64,000 nt of DNA from Rhodospirillales bacterium (GCA_050329575.1 JBHJOP010000039.1:15812-79811), one strand, 5' to 3'. Counted from the stretch's first letter, positions 36,894 through 47,689 are shown. Notes: a model not told the origin generated them from the sequence alone. Translations and numbers: made by a program.

Positions 36894-37901
36894 TCAGATC
36901 AGTCCGGCCAGCGGCGAGGACGGATCGGCGTAGCGCTTCTTCGGCATCCGGCCGGCGAGGTAGGCGAGACGCCCGGCTTCGACCGCCAGCTTCATCGCTC
37001 GCGCCATCCGGACCGGGTCCCTCGCCTCGGCGATCGCGGTGTTCATCAGCACGCCGTCGCAGCCCAGTTCCATGGCGATCGCCGCGTCGGACGCCGTCCC
37101 GACCCCGGCATCGACCAGGACCGGCACCGACGCCTGTTCGACGATCAACCGGATGTTCACCGGGTTCTGGATGCCGAGGCCGGAGCCGATCGGCGCCGCC
37201 AGCGGCATGATCGCGACGCAGCCCATGTCCTCCAGACGCTTGGCGAGGATCGGATCGTCGGAGCAGTAGACCATCACCTTGAAGTCGTCCTCGATCAGCG
37301 AGTGGGCGGCGGCAAGCGTCTCGGTCATGTTGGGATAGAGGGTCTTCGGGTCACCCAGCACCTCGAGTTTGACGAGGTCCCAGCCGCCGGCCTCGCGGGC
37401 GAGCCGCAAGGTGCGCACCGCGTCGCTCGCGCTGTAGCAGCCGGCGGTGTTGGGGAGATAGGTGTAAGTCCTGGGGTCGACGTAGTCGACCAGCATCGGC
37501 TGGTTGGGATCGGAGACGTTGACCCGACGTACGGCGACGGTGACGATCTCCGCGCCGGAGGCCGCGATTGCCCGCGCCGTCTCAGCGAAATCCCGGTACT
37601 TGCCGGTGCCGACCAACAGCCGCGACCGGTAACGGCGGCCGGCGACGATCAGCGGGTCGTCGTCGGTGCGCGCGTCCTCGACCTCTCGGCCGGTGTCGGG
37701 TGAACCGCCGCCGATGAAGTGGACGATCTCGATGCGATCGCCGTCGGCCACCGTCACCGCGTCGTAGCCTGATCGCGGCACGATCTCCAGGTTGCGCTCG
37801 ACCGCCACCTTCTTCGGATCGAGCCCGATGTCGGCCAGCAGTTGCCGCACCGTGATCGACACGCCGATGAGTTTCGGCTCGCCGTTGAGGGTGATCTGCA
37901 T
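36894..37901 (-). CDS. thiG: ThiS-ThiG fusion (sulfur-carrier domain fused in frame to thiazole synthase)
   Basis: From ATG 37901: MQITLNGEP...[12 protein letters not shown] (ThiS ending in Gly-Gly). It continues without a stop through [17 protein letters not shown] into [19 protein letters not shown]...PNTAGC...VLGD...[12 protein letters not shown] (ThiG). Confidence 0.85.
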   Translation of the reverse strand: MQITLNGEPKLIGVSITVRQLLADIGLDPKKVAVERNLEIVPRSGYDAVTVADGDRIEIVHFIGGGSPDTGREVEDARTDDDPLIVAGRRYRSRLLVGTGKYRDFAETARAIAASGAEIVTVAVRRVNVSDPNQPMLVDYVDPRTYTYLPNTAGCYSASDAVRTLRLAREAGGWDLVKLEVLGDPKTLYPNMTETLAAAHSLIEDDFKVMVYCSDDPILAKRLEDMGCVAIMPLAAPIGSGLGIQNPVNIRLIVEQASVPVLVDAGVGTASDAAIAMELGCDGVLMNTAIAEARDPVRMARAMKLAVEAGRLAYLAGRMPKKRYADPSSPLAGLI

Positions 37902-38052
37902 CCGAATTCCAACTCGCCTGCGGTCGCCGGGCCGACTCGGGAGAGGATCGCCGCCCCGCTGCCGTCGTCGCCTAACATAGTCCAAAGTGGTGGTTACACA
38001 AGACTGCGGCCGTGCTATAAGCATCCCGCTTCGGACCGCCATACCCTCCCGG

Positions 38053-38526
38053 ATGACCCGCACCGTCCTCCTTCTCAACGGCCCCAACCTCAACCTGCTC
38101 GGTACCCGCCAGCCGGAGCTCTACGGCCGCGACACCCTCGCCGCGATCGAAGCCGAGTGCGTCCGCCGTGGCGAGGCGCTGGGACTCGTCGTCGAATGCC
38201 GCCAGAGCAATGCGGAGGGCGAGCTGGTCGGCTGGATCCAGGGCGCACGCGGCCGCTGTGCCGCCGTCGTCATCAACGCCGGTGCCTACACGCACACGTC
38301 GGTGGCGATCTTGGACGCGCTGCTCGCCCTCGAGGTCCCGATCTACGAGGTGCATCTCTCGAACATTTTCCGCCGCGAGCCGTTCCGCCACCATTCCTAC
38401 GTCTCGCGGGCGGCACACGGAATCGTTTGCGGCTTCGGCGGTTTCGGCTATCAGATGGCGATCGAAGCGGCGGCGCGCGCCATTGACGCCGCGGACGGGG
38501 AGCCGGGCAACCGGGATCGGACATGA
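38053..38526 (+). CDS. aroQ: Type II 3-dehydroquinate dehydratase
   Basis: [46 protein letters not shown]. Confidence 0.95.
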   Translation: MTRTVLLLNGPNLNLLGTRQPELYGRDTLAAIEAECVRRGEALGLVVECRQSNAEGELVGWIQGARGRCAAVVINAGAYTHTSVAILDALLALEVPIYEVHLSNIFRREPFRHHSYVSRAAHGIVCGFGGFGYQMAIEAAARAIDAADGEPGNRDRT

Positions 38527-38969
38527 CCACCTCGGGCAAGAAGCCATCCGTCGACATCGACCTCGTCCGCGGCCTCGCGGCGGTGCTGCAGGAAACCGGC
38601 CTCACCGAGATCGAGTACGGCAGCGGCGATCTCAGGGTGCGGGTCGCGAAGACGGGGATCCCGGTGGCGGCGCCGCTGGCGGTCGCGGTCGGCTCGACGG
38701 TCGTTCCCGGCGAGGCCGAAGTGGTCGCCGACCATCCCGGCGTCGTCACTTCGCCGATGGTCGGCGTCGCCTACACCGCCACGGAACCGGAAGCGCCGCC
38801 ATTCGTCAAGGTCGGCGACAGCGTCGCGGCCGGCGACACCATTCTGCTGATCGAGGCGATGAAAGTGTTCAACCCCATCAAGGCGCCGCGCGCCGGCCGC
38901 GTGCGGCAGGTGTTCGTCGCCAACGGCACGCCGGTGGAATTCGGCGAGCCGCTGATGATTATCGAATAG
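38523..38969 (+). CDS. accB: Biotin carboxyl carrier protein of acetyl-CoA carboxylase
   Basis: 148 aa. ITSPMVG motif variant [10 protein letters not shown], and the biotinylation motif EAMKVFN. Confidence 0.9.
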   Translation: MTTSGKKPSVDIDLVRGLAAVLQETGLTEIEYGSGDLRVRVAKTGIPVAAPLAVAVGSTVVPGEAEVVADHPGVVTSPMVGVAYTATEPEAPPFVKVGDSVAAGDTILLIEAMKVFNPIKAPRAGRVRQVFVANGTPVEFGEPLMIIE

Positions 38970-38982
38970 CGGCCGGCCGGCG

Positions 38983-40341
38983 GTGGCGCACCCGCCCGTC
39001 TTCCATAAGGTGCTGATCGCCAACCGCGGCGAAATCGCGTTGCGCATCCTGCGCGCTTGCCGCGAGATGGGCATCCGGTCGGTGGCGGTCCACTCGACCG
39101 CCGACGCCGACGCGATGCACGTTCGCCTCGCCGATGAGTCGATCTGCATCGGTCCGCCCCCGGCCGCCGCCAGCTACCTCAACGCCGCGGCGATCATCAG
39201 TGCCGCGACGATCAGCAACGCCGATGCCATCCATCCGGGTTACGGCTTTCTCTCCGAGAACGCCGACTTCGCCGCGATGGTCGAGGAGCACGGCATCGCC
39301 TTCATCGGGCCGGCGCCGGACCACATCCGGCTGATGGGCGACAAGGTGGCCGCCAAGCGGGTCTGCCACGAGGCTGGGATCCCGGTGGTTCCCGGATCGG
39401 ACGGTCCCGTCGCCGACGAACCGGCGGCACGCGCCGTCGCCGAGCGGATCGGCTATCCGGTTCTCGTCAAGGCCGCCGCCGGCGGCGGCGGCCGCGGCAT
39501 GAAGGTCGTCGCCGCGCCATCGGCGCTGTCCGCGGCGCTGTCGACGGCGCGCGCCGAGGCACTCTCCGCCTTCGGCAACGGCGAGCTCTATATCGAGAAG
39601 TACCTCTCCCACCCGCGCCACATCGAGATCCAGATCCTCGCCGACCTGCACGGCAACGTCGTTCATCTCGGCGAGCGCGACTGCTCCTTGCAGCGGCGTC
39701 ACCAGAAGGTGATCGAGGAGGCGCCGTCGCCGGCTCTGACCGCCGCCGAGCGGGAGCGGATCGGCGCCGTCGCCGCCGACGCCGTCCGCAACTTCGGCTA
39801 CCGCAGCGCCGGCACCTTCGAGTTCCTTTATCAGGACGGCGCGTTCTATTTCATCGAGATGAACACCCGCCTGCAGGTCGAGCACCCGGTGACCGAGATG
39901 GTCTGCGGTCTCGACTTGGTGCGCGAGATGCTGCGCATCGCCGCCGGCCAGCCGCTCGGCTACGGCCAGCGGGACATCGCCATCAAGGGTCACGCCATCG
40001 AATGCCGGATCAACGCCGAGCATCCCGAGACGTTTGTACCGTCGCCGGGCCGGATCGGCGACTATCACGCCCCCGGTGGCCTCGGCGTGCGAGTCGATTC
40101 GGCGCTCTACGCCGGCTATCGTGTGCCGCCCTACTACGACAGCATGATCGCCAAGCTGATCGTTCACGGCGCCAACCGCGACGACTGCCGGATGCGGCTG
40201 GTGCGGGCGCTGAGGGAGTACGTGATCGACGGCATCCAGACGACGATCCCGTTGCACCAGCGGCTGCTGGAGGCGCCCCGCTTCATCGCCGGCGACTACG
40301 ACGTCCATTGGCTGGAGGCGTTCGTGCGAGGCGAGCGGTAG
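38983..40341 (+). CDS. accC: Biotin carboxylase
   Basis: [33 protein letters not shown], the ATP-grasp region, [14 protein letters not shown]. Non-ATG (GTG) start. Confidence 0.95.
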   Translation: MAHPPVFHKVLIANRGEIALRILRACREMGIRSVAVHSTADADAMHVRLADESICIGPPPAAASYLNAAAIISAATISNADAIHPGYGFLSENADFAAMVEEHGIAFIGPAPDHIRLMGDKVAAKRVCHEAGIPVVPGSDGPVADEPAARAVAERIGYPVLVKAAAGGGGRGMKVVAAPSALSAALSTARAEALSAFGNGELYIEKYLSHPRHIEIQILADLHGNVVHLGERDCSLQRRHQKVIEEAPSPALTAAERERIGAVAADAVRNFGYRSAGTFEFLYQDGAFYFIEMNTRLQVEHPVTEMVCGLDLVREMLRIAAGQPLGYGQRDIAIKGHAIECRINAEHPETFVPSPGRIGDYHAPGGLGVRVDSALYAGYRVPPYYDSMIAKLIVHGANRDDCRMRLVRALREYVIDGIQTTIPLHQRLLEAPRFIAGDYDVHWLEAFVRGER

Positions 40342-40345
40342 ACCG

Positions 40346-41020
40346 TTGGCGGGCGATCGCCGCCTGACCCCGGAGATGGTGGTGCGGGCCTATGCGGCGG
40401 GGATCTTTCCGATGGCCGGCCACCGATTCGATCCGACCGTCCACTGGGTGGCGCCGCGGCAGCGCGGCGTGCTGCCGCTGGACGCCTTCCACGTGCCGCG
40501 CCGACTCAAGCGGACGGTGCGACAGCAGCAATTCGAAGTGCGCGGCGACGGTGATTTCGACGCCGTCATCCGCGCCTGCGCGGCGCCGGGCGGGGACCGC
40601 GCCGACACCTGGATCAACGCCGAGATCGCCCGCGTGTTCTGCCAACTGCACCGTCTGGGCCTCGCCCACAGCGTCGAGGCCTGGCGGGACGGGCGGATGG
40701 TGGGCGGGCTCTACGGCCTCGCCCTCGGCGGCGCCTTCTTCGGCGAGAGCATGTTCGCGCGCGAGACCGATGCCAGCAAGGTGGCGCTGGTGCACCTGGT
40801 GGCGGCACTGCGGCGCGGCGGCTTCGCGCTGCTCGACGTCCAGTTCATGACCGATCATCTGCTGCGGTTCGGCGCGGTCGAGATTCCTGCCGCGGCCTAT
40901 CTCGATCGGCTGGAGGCGGCGCTGTCTCTGCCGGCGACGTTTCCGGCCGATTTCCGATCGGCCGCCGCCGCCGCCGCCGTCGCGGACGTCCTCACGCAGT
41001 CGAGGACCCAGACGTCGTAG
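40346..41020 (+). CDS. aat: Leucyl/phenylalanyl-tRNA--protein transferase
   Basis: LTPEMVVRAYAAGIFPM, TWINAEI, GGLYGLALGGAFFGESMF, DASKVAL. TTG start at 40346. Confidence 0.9.
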   Translation: MAGDRRLTPEMVVRAYAAGIFPMAGHRFDPTVHWVAPRQRGVLPLDAFHVPRRLKRTVRQQQFEVRGDGDFDAVIRACAAPGGDRADTWINAEIARVFCQLHRLGLAHSVEAWRDGRMVGGLYGLALGGAFFGESMFARETDASKVALVHLVAALRRGGFALLDVQFMTDHLLRFGAVEIPAAAYLDRLEAALSLPATFPADFRSAAAAAAVADVLTQSRTQTS

Positions 41021-41421
41021 ACCGGGTGGTCCATCGCCGACAGTGCCGGGCTGGAGGCGAACATCCAGCCGCGAAACAGGTCGGTCGACTGTTGCTGCGG
41101 GCGGGTCTCCCGGATGTCGAGGAAGGCCGCCGCCTCCGGCGGCTCCTCCGGTGGCCGCTTGTCGCAGGTGCGGACGACGATCTCCAGGGTGCCGAAGTGC
41201 ACCGCCTCGCCGATCGGCGCTTCAATCGTGGAGATCCTCGCCGTCACCTTGTCGAGGCCGCGCAGCACCGCGATCGGATAGGGATCGGCGGCCGCCGGAC
41301 CAGCGATCGCAGCGGCGATCATCCACGCGGGGGCGAGCCAACGGCACCACATGGCGCCGGTCATAGCACGTCCGCCGGGACCGCGGCCACCCCTCGCGAT
41401 GTCGACACCGGTCGTCGTCAT
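40897..41421 (-). CDS. DUF2155 domain protein (periplasmic)
   Basis: ATG 41421 overlaps the methyltransferase stop (ATGA). LRGLDKVTARISTIEAPIGEAVHFGTLEIVVRTCDKRPPEEPPE..AFLDI...GWMFASSPALSAMDHPVYDVWVLDC. The last ~32 codons are low-complexity and run antisense to the aat 3' end. Confidence 0.75.
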   Translation of the reverse strand: MTTTGVDIARGGRGPGGRAMTGAMWCRWLAPAWMIAAAIAGPAAADPYPIAVLRGLDKVTARISTIEAPIGEAVHFGTLEIVVRTCDKRPPEEPPEAAAFLDIRETRPQQQSTDLFRGWMFASSPALSAMDHPVYDVWVLDCVRTSATAAAAAADRKSAGNVAGRDSAASSRSR

Positions 41422-42167
41422 CGCTTCACCGCGGCGAACCGCAGCCGCACATAGTCGACGGTCCAGCGGCCGGCGTCGTCGCGCAGAAACGGCGCCAGCG
41501 TCTCCTCGACCTCGGCGACCACCGCCGGCCGCTCGGTCGGTGGAAGCGCATCGAGGAAACGTCCGGCGAAGGTCTGCAGCCAGTCCGCCAGCGTCCCGGG
41601 GATCAATGTCGGCCGCGGCCGGAGCGTCAGCATGGCGATCCGGAGTCCCTCCCCTTCCAGGATCGCGCGGAACGCGCTCGGCGACGGAAACACCCAAGGA
41701 TCGTGAGCCGCCGGGTCGATGTCGCGCCGCCTCAGGGCCGTCGTCAGCGCCCATCTCACCGCGGCGACATTGCCGTGGCCACCGGTCTCGCCGACGAACC
41801 GACCACCGTCGACCAGCGCTCGCCGCACACCGGCCACGACCGGCCGCAGATCGCCCATCCAGTGCAGCGCGGCATTGGTGAACACCGCGTCGAACGCCGC
41901 CGCGAACGGCAGCCGGGCGGCGTCGAGCACCCGCACCTCCAGCCCGCGTGCACGCGCCGCGGCGGCCATCTCGGAGCTCGCATCGACGCCGACGACGCGG
42001 GCGCCGGCCGCGGCGATCGCTTCGGTCAAGGTGCCGTCGCCGCAGCCGAGATCGAGGATCCGCTCGCCCGGCGCCGGGGCCAGCAACGCGACCACCGGCA
42101 GGCCGAGATCGGAGACGAAGCGGGCGTCGCGGGCGTAGCGGCCGGTGTCCCAGCGCTGTCCGGACAC
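41418..42167 (-). CDS. Class I SAM-dependent methyltransferase (Tam-like)
   Basis: 249 aa. ILDLGCGDGTLT (motif I), VVGVDAS, FDAVFTNAALHW. Confidence 0.85.
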   Translation of the reverse strand: MSGQRWDTGRYARDARFVSDLGLPVVALLAPAPGERILDLGCGDGTLTEAIAAAGARVVGVDASSEMAAAARARGLEVRVLDAARLPFAAAFDAVFTNAALHWMGDLRPVVAGVRRALVDGGRFVGETGGHGNVAAVRWALTTALRRRDIDPAAHDPWVFPSPSAFRAILEGEGLRIAMLTLRPRPTLIPGTLADWLQTFAGRFLDALPPTERPAVVAEVEETLAPFLRDDAGRWTVDYVRLRFAAVKR

Positions 42168-42179
42168 ACCCGCCCCCCG

Positions 42180-42641
42180 CTACTCCGCTGCTCCCGGCCG
42201 GCCGGTCGCGAGGAAGATGATGTCGCCGACCTGGTCCTCGAGGGAGCGGTAGCCCGAGGTCATGGTGATGGTGCCGCCGGGCGCGATCGGCGTCTGGGAG
42301 CGCCCCGGCTCCAGCCGGACGTACTTGCCGCCGAGCGGTCCCTCGCTGGCGATGGCGGCGAGGGTGTCGTCGGGCAGCCGGATCGCGTTGTCGATCCGCA
42401 TCGTCACCACCGCGTCGTAGGTGACGGGATCGAGGCGGCGGTCGACGACCGTTCCGACCTTGACGCCGTTGACCCGCACGTCGCTGCCGGCCCCGAGGCC
42501 GCCGATCTTGAGGAACGCGGCGCTGACCTGGTAGCCGGGGCGGCGGCCCATCTCGGTGGCCGAGTAGGCGAAGTAGACGAACAGGCCGGCGACCGCCAGC
42601 ACCACCGCGCCGAGCACGGTCTCGATGAGGTTGCGACGCAT
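42180..42641 (-). CDS. mlaD: MlaD/MCE-domain protein (distal copy)
   Basis: N-terminal TM helix, then GLGAGSDVRVNGVKVGTV...PDDTLAAIASEGPLGGKYVRLEPG. Confidence 0.85.
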   Translation of the reverse strand: MRRNLIETVLGAVVLAVAGLFVYFAYSATEMGRRPGYQVSAAFLKIGGLGAGSDVRVNGVKVGTVVDRRLDPVTYDAVVTMRIDNAIRLPDDTLAAIASEGPLGGKYVRLEPGRSQTPIAPGGTITMTSGYRSLEDQVGDIIFLATGRPGAAE

Positions 42642-43123
42642 CAGGGCTCCTTAGGTTCGTCCTGCCGCCGGGCCGCCCGGCCCTCGCGGATGATCAGCTC
42701 CAGGAGATCGCCGACCACCACCGAATCCTGTGTGAAATCGATCAGGCCGCCGTCCGGCAGCGCCGTCTCGTCGCCGCCGGGGTCGAGGACGACGAACTTC
42801 GAGCCGAACAGCCCGTCGGTGTGGATGGCCGCCGCGGTGTCGAGGGGCAACGCGATGCGACGGTCGATGCGCATCGCCAGCCGCACCCTGAAGTCGTTAT
42901 CGAGCTCCATCCCCTCGATGCGGCCGACCTCGATTCCGCCCACCGTCACCGGATTGCCGATCGCGAGACCGTCGACGCGGTTGAAGGTGCCGACGATCCG
43001 GTAACCGGCCAGCCCCGCCCGCGCCTCCTTGTCGACGCCGCCGTAGACCGCGACCAGAATCGCCGCCAGCACCGCCAGCGTCACCCCGCCGACGATCATC
43101 TCCCAGGTCTCGCGGGATTTCAC
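42641..43123 (-). CDS. mlaD: MlaD/MCE-domain protein (proximal copy)
   Basis: N-terminal TM helix, then GLAIGNPVTVGGIEVGRI...PLDTAAAIHTDGLFGSKFVVLDPG. Its stop shares 1 nt with the next ATG (TGATG). Confidence 0.85.
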   Translation of the reverse strand: MKSRETWEMIVGGVTLAVLAAILVAVYGGVDKEARAGLAGYRIVGTFNRVDGLAIGNPVTVGGIEVGRIEGMELDNDFRVRLAMRIDRRIALPLDTAAAIHTDGLFGSKFVVLDPGGDETALPDGGLIDFTQDSVVVGDLLELIIREGRAARRQDEPKEP

Positions 43124-43190
43124 CGCGATCGTTCTCCTTCGCCTCGGTGGCGCCCTTCGGTTCGGCGCCGTCGACGCCGGCCTGGCGCCG

Positions 43191-43547
43191 TCAATCCGGC
43201 GTCCACGGCTCGTAGTCGCCGGTCGCCCGGGCGCGCTGGCCGCCCTCGAGATCGTGCCCCTTCGGCCGGTAGGCGTACGGCGTTCCGGTCAGGTTGACCA
43301 TCCGCGGTTTCTGCCATGGCCGCCGTTGCAGGGCAGTGTCGATCAGCGGCTCGTCGACCATGTGATGCAGCCAGGCGTGCCACTCCGGCGGCGCCTTGGT
43401 GGCCTCCGGCCGGCCCTTGTAGAGGACCCATCGCCGCTCGCGTCCATAGCGGTTGAGCCGGCGGTTGCGGTAGTAGCGGTTGCCGAATTCGTCCTGGCCC
43501 ACCCGTTCGCCGAACAGCCACGTAAACAGTAGGGTGCCGATGTCCAT
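43191..43547 (-). CDS. NDUFA12-family protein (NADH:ubiquinone oxidoreductase subunit A12 homologue)
   Basis: 118 aa. GERVGQDEFGNRYYR...RRWVLY...PPEWHAWLHH. Confidence 0.85.
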   Translation of the reverse strand: MDIGTLLFTWLFGERVGQDEFGNRYYRNRRLNRYGRERRWVLYKGRPEATKAPPEWHAWLHHMVDEPLIDTALQRRPWQKPRMVNLTGTPYAYRPKGHDLEGGQRARATGDYEPWTPD

Positions 43548-43766
43548 CGCCTGTCGATCCGTCGTACCGGGGTCCCGTGCCGAGCGCCCGCACTATGGCA
43601 TCGGCGGCGGCCGCCGTCCAGCCCGTGGCGGGAGACGCGATGCGCCGTGACCGGCACCCGGCATGGGGCTCCCCGGCGCCCTCAGCGCACGACCGCGCGA
43701 TAACCATACAACGGATGGTAATCGCCCGGCCCATCCGCACGAAATGTTGTTGCAGCAACGGGCTCC

Positions 43767-43780
43767 CCACGATATAGTGG
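43767..43780. promoter_or_regulatory. Near-palindrome CCACGATATAGTGG upstream of nrdJ (candidate operator, NrdR-box-like)
   Basis: 6 of 7 mirrored pairs are complementary. A related CCCTATGTTGTG element lies about 31 bp downstream (43799-43810). The spacing between the CAC and GTG arms is 6 nt here, shorter than I recall for the published 16-bp NrdR box. Confidence 0.3.
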
Positions 43781-43807
43781 CTGCGAGTGGCAAGGGTGCC
43801 CTATGTT

Positions 43808-43820
43808 GTGCCATTGGCAC
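43808..43820. promoter_or_regulatory. Perfect 6-1-6 palindrome GTGCCA-T-TGGCAC in the nrdJ leader
   Basis: Read directly from the sequence. Function unknown: operator or RNA hairpin. Confidence 0.3.
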
Positions 43821-43945
43821 GCCGGCATGAGGCATCCAGCCGCCGCAAGGGGGCCCGGGAGGCAACCATCGGCGAGGTCATCGCCGTCTCGTTCACGGCC
43901 CTTGGCAGAAAAGCGAACGTAACGACGAGGCGAGGCCGACCCGCG

Positions 43946-46900
43946 ATGCGCATTGCACGGTTGTTCACCCAACCCGACCAGTCACCCTACGACGCCATCG
44001 AGTTCCGCACCCTGTCGAGCGAGATCCGCAATCCGGACGGATCGGTGGTCTTCCGCCAGGACGCCATCGAGGTCCCCGCACACTGGACCCAGGTCGCCAG
44101 CGACGTGCTGGCCCAGAAGTACTTCCGGCGGGCCGGCGTGCCGGCGCGGCTGAAGCCGGTCCGCGAGCGCGGCGTGCCGTCGTGGCTGTGGCGCCGCACC
44201 GCCGATGTCAAGGCGCTCGGCCGCCTGCCCGCCGATCGCCGCTACGGCGGCGAGACCAGCGCCCGGCAGGTGTTCGACCGGCTCGCCGGGACCTGGACCT
44301 ACTGGGGCTGGAAGGGCGGCTACTTCGACACCGAGGAGGATGCGCGGTCGTTCTTCGACGAGCACCGCCACATGCTCGCCCGCCAGATGTGCGCCCCCAA
44401 CTCGCCGCAGTGGTTCAACACCGGCCTTCACTGGGCCTATGGCGTCGACGGCCCGGCCCAGGGCCACTACTACGTCGACCATCGCACCGGCACGGTGCGA
44501 CCCTCGAACTCCGCCTATGCGCATCCACAGCCCCACGCCTGCTTCATCCAGGGAATCGAGGACGACCTCGTCAACGAGGGCGGCATCATGGACCTGTGGG
44601 TCCGCGAAGCCCGCCTGTTCAAGTACGGATCGGGTACCGGCAGCAACTTCTCGCGGCTGCGCGGCGAGAACGAGCCGCTGTCGGGCGGCGGCCGCTCCTC
44701 CGGCCTGATGAGCTTCCTCAAGATCGGCGACCGCGCCGCCGGGGCGATCAAGTCGGGCGGCACCACCCGCCGCGCCGCCAAGATGGTGGTGGTCGACATC
44801 GACCATCCCGACATCGAGGAGTTCGTGACCTGGAAGGTCAACGAGGAGCAGAAGGTGGCGGCGATGGTCACCGGCTCCCGCCTCGCCGCCCGCCATCTCG
44901 ACGCGGGGATGGCGGCGTGCCATGACGCCCCCGCCGGTCGCGCCGAAGAGCGGTTCGATCCCCGCTGCAACCCCGCCCTGCGGCAGGCGCTCGTCGCTGC
45001 GCGGGCGGCGATGATCCCCGAGAACCTGATCCAGCGGACGATCGAGTTCGCCCGCCAGGGCCACACCAAAGTGGCCTTTCCGGTCTACGACACCGACTGG
45101 GATTCGGAGGCCTACCGGACCGTCTCCGGTCAGAACGCCAACAACAGCGTGCGGGTGACCAATACGTTCCTGGAACAGGTTCGGCGAGGCGGCGATTGGG
45201 ACCTGATCCGTCGCACCGACGGCCGGCTCGCCAAGCGCATTCCGGCCCGCGAGCTGTGGGACCAAATCACCTATGCGGCGTGGAGTTGCGCCGATCCCGG
45301 CGTGCAGTACGACACCACCATCAACGAATGGCACACCTGCCCGGCAAGCGGGCGCATCAACGCGTCCAATCCGTGCTCCGAGTACATGTTCCTCGACGAC
45401 ACCGCGTGCAATCTCGCCTCTCTCAATCTGATGGCGTTTCAGGACGCCGACGGCCGGCTCGCGGTGCCTGCGTTCGAGCACGCGGTGCGGCTGTGGACGG
45501 TGGTGCTTGAGATCTCGGTGATGATGGCCCAGTTCCCGTCGCGGCGGATCGCGGAGCTGTCCTACCGGTTCCGCACCCTCGGGCTCGGCTTCGCCAACAT
45601 CGGCGGCTATCTGATGGCCGCCGGCATGTCCTACGACTCGGACCCGGCGCGCGGCCTCTGCGGCGCGATCAGCGCGCTGATGACCGCTGTCGCCTACGAG
45701 ACCTCGGCCGAGATCGCCGGCGAACTGGGAGCATTCCCGGGCTTCGCCGAGAACCGCGAGGCCATGCTGCGCGTGATCCGCAACCACCGCCGCGCCGCCC
45801 ACGGCGACAGCCGCGGCTACGAGGGGCTGTCGGTGGTTCCCGTCGTGCTCGACGCCGCCGCCGTTCCGGACCGGCCGCTGGTGAGCGCGGCCCGCGCCGC
45901 CTGGGACCGGGCCCTCGCCCTCGGCGAGGCCCATGGCTACCGCAATGCCCAAGCGACGGTGATCGCCCCGACCGGCACCATCGGCCTGGTGATGGATTGC
46001 GACACCACCGGCATCGAGCCTGACTTCGCGCTCGTCAAGTTCAAGAAGCTGGCCGGCGGCGGCTACTTCAAGATCATCAACCGCACGGTGCCGCCGGCGC
46101 TCGCGCGCCTCGGCTACCCCGAACACGAGATCGAGGCGATCGTCCGCTATGCGGTCGGCCACGGCACCCTGTGCGATGCCCCGGCCGTCGATCACCCAGC
46201 GCTCCGCGCCCGCGGCTTCACCGACAGCGAGATCGAGGCGGTCGAGCGGAACCTCAGCGAGGCGTTCGACATCCGCTTCGCCTTCAACAAGTGGACCCTC
46301 GGCGAGGCGTTCTGCACCGAGACGCTCGGCATCGTCGGCGACCGGCTCGACGATCCGGCGTTCTGCCTGCTCACGGCGCTCGGGTTCTCGGCCGCCGAGA
46401 TCGACGCCGCCAATATCCACGTCTGCGGTGCGATGACCCTGGAAGGGGCGCCGCACCTGCGGCCGGAGCATCTGCCGGTGTTCGATTGCGCCACGCCCTG
46501 CGGCCGACTCGGCACCCGCCATCTGTCGATCGAAAGTCACATTCGGATGATGGCGGCGGCGCAGCCGTTCATCAGCGGTGCCATCTCGAAGACCATCAAC
46601 ATGCCCCGGGCGGCGACCATCGAGGACTGCCATCGGGCCTACATGCTGGCCTGGACCCTGGGGCTGAAGGCGACCGCGCTCTACCGTGACGGCTCGAAGC
46701 TGTCGCAGCCGCTCGCCGGCGCGCTGCTCGACGACGGCGATGGCGCCGACTTCGCCGACGCCATCGCCGAGCGGCCGGCGGCGGTGCGGGCGGAAATGGT
46801 CGCCGAACGGATCGTCGAACGGGTGGTCACACGCCTCGATCGCAACAGCCTGCCCAGCCGACGCAAGGGTTACACCCAGAAGGCCAAGGTCGGTGGCCAC

Positions 46901-47614
46901 AAGGTCTACCTGCGCACCGGCGAGTACGAGGACGGCCGTCTCGGCGAGATCTTCATCGACATGCACAAGGAGGGCGCCGCCTTCCGCAGCCTGATGAACA
47001 ACTTCGCCATCGCGATCTCGATCGCATTGCAGTATGGCGTGCCGCTGGAGGAGTTCGTCGAGGCGTTCACCTTCACCCGGTTCGAGCCGGCGGGCGTCGT
47101 CGAGGGCAACGACACCATCAAGATGGCGACCTCCATCCTCGACTACATCTTCCGCGAGCTCGGGGTTTCCTATCTCGGCCGCTACGACCTCGCCCATGTC
47201 GATCCCCGCGAGTCCGATCCGGGCTGTCTCGGCCGCGGCGACGACGAAGGCAAGCCGGCCCGCGACGACGACGATCCGATGCCTGTGGTCCAGCGGCTCG
47301 CCAGCAAGGGCTACGTCCGCAGCCGTTTCCGGGTCTACAGCGGCGCCAAGGATGCCCGCGCGGTGACCTCGCGGACCGCCGCCGGCACCGCCCTGCTCGC
47401 CCAGGCGACGGTCGCCGAGGCGGCCTTCACCGAGGCGGCGTTCACCGAGGCCGCCTTCGCCGTGACCGCCGACGCGGTGCTCGAACGGGCGCTGGAGGCG
47501 CGCCTGAAGGGCTACGAGGGCGATCCGTGCGGCGAGTGCGGCAACTTCACCCTCGTCCGCAACGGCACCTGCCTCAAGTGCATGACCTGCGGCGCCACCA
47601 CCGGGTGCTCGTGA
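43946..47614 (+). CDS. nrdJ: Class II (adenosylcobalamin-dependent) ribonucleotide reductase
   Basis: From ATG 43946; 1222 aa. [36 protein letters not shown], and a C-terminal Cys-rich tail [22 protein letters not shown]. Confidence 0.95.
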   Translation: MRIARLFTQPDQSPYDAIEFRTLSSEIRNPDGSVVFRQDAIEVPAHWTQVASDVLAQKYFRRAGVPARLKPVRERGVPSWLWRRTADVKALGRLPADRRYGGETSARQVFDRLAGTWTYWGWKGGYFDTEEDARSFFDEHRHMLARQMCAPNSPQWFNTGLHWAYGVDGPAQGHYYVDHRTGTVRPSNSAYAHPQPHACFIQGIEDDLVNEGGIMDLWVREARLFKYGSGTGSNFSRLRGENEPLSGGGRSSGLMSFLKIGDRAAGAIKSGGTTRRAAKMVVVDIDHPDIEEFVTWKVNEEQKVAAMVTGSRLAARHLDAGMAACHDAPAGRAEERFDPRCNPALRQALVAARAAMIPENLIQRTIEFARQGHTKVAFPVYDTDWDSEAYRTVSGQNANNSVRVTNTFLEQVRRGGDWDLIRRTDGRLAKRIPARELWDQITYAAWSCADPGVQYDTTINEWHTCPASGRINASNPCSEYMFLDDTACNLASLNLMAFQDADGRLAVPAFEHAVRLWTVVLEISVMMAQFPSRRIAELSYRFRTLGLGFANIGGYLMAAGMSYDSDPARGLCGAISALMTAVAYETSAEIAGELGAFPGFAENREAMLRVIRNHRRAAHGDSRGYEGLSVVPVVLDAAAVPDRPLVSAARAAWDRALALGEAHGYRNAQATVIAPTGTIGLVMDCDTTGIEPDFALVKFKKLAGGGYFKIINRTVPPALARLGYPEHEIEAIVRYAVGHGTLCDAPAVDHPALRARGFTDSEIEAVERNLSEAFDIRFAFNKWTLGEAFCTETLGIVGDRLDDPAFCLLTALGFSAAEIDAANIHVCGAMTLEGAPHLRPEHLPVFDCATPCGRLGTRHLSIESHIRMMAAAQPFISGAISKTINMPRAATIEDCHRAYMLAWTLGLKATALYRDGSKLSQPLAGALLDDGDGADFADAIAERPAAVRAEMVAERIVERVVTRLDRNSLPSRRKGYTQKAKVGGHKVYLRTGEYEDGRLGEIFIDMHKEGAAFRSLMNNFAIAISIALQYGVPLEEFVEAFTFTRFEPAGVVEGNDTIKMATSILDYIFRELGVSYLGRYDLAHVDPRESDPGCLGRGDDEGKPARDDDDPMPVVQRLASKGYVRSRFRVYSGAKDARAVTSRTAAGTALLAQATVAEAAFTEAAFTEAAFAVTADAVLERALEARLKGYEGDPCGECGNFTLVRNGTCLKCMTCGATTGCS

Positions 47615-47657
47615 CGATGGCGGCTTTCGTTTCTCCCTCCTCCCTGGGAGCCTCGCG

Positions 47658-47689
47658 GCGTCCCCGCGGCCGATCGGCGGCGGGGACGC
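47658..47689 (+). terminator. Candidate intrinsic terminator of nrdJ
   Basis: GCGTCCCCGC-G-GCCGATCGGC-G-GCGGGGACGC (10-bp outer stem plus an inner palindrome), followed by TCGCCTTTGTC. Confidence 0.45.

Noticed and set aside
37902-38052. Looked for a TPP (THI-box) riboswitch upstream of thiS-thiG
   Set aside because: Neither the CTGAGA element nor the ACCTGATCTGGATAATGCCAGCG-like pyrimidine-sensor helix is visible on the minus strand. Only a covariance-model scan could overturn this.
43548-43945. Looked for a cobalamin riboswitch upstream of the B12-dependent RNR
   Set aside because: No B12-box-like core was recognised. Biologically, B12 riboswitches usually repress the B12-independent RNRs rather than nrdJ.
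43982-47197. 1071-aa minus-strand ORF antisense to nrdJ
   Set aside because: The same GC artefact. The plus-strand product is an unmistakable class II RNR.
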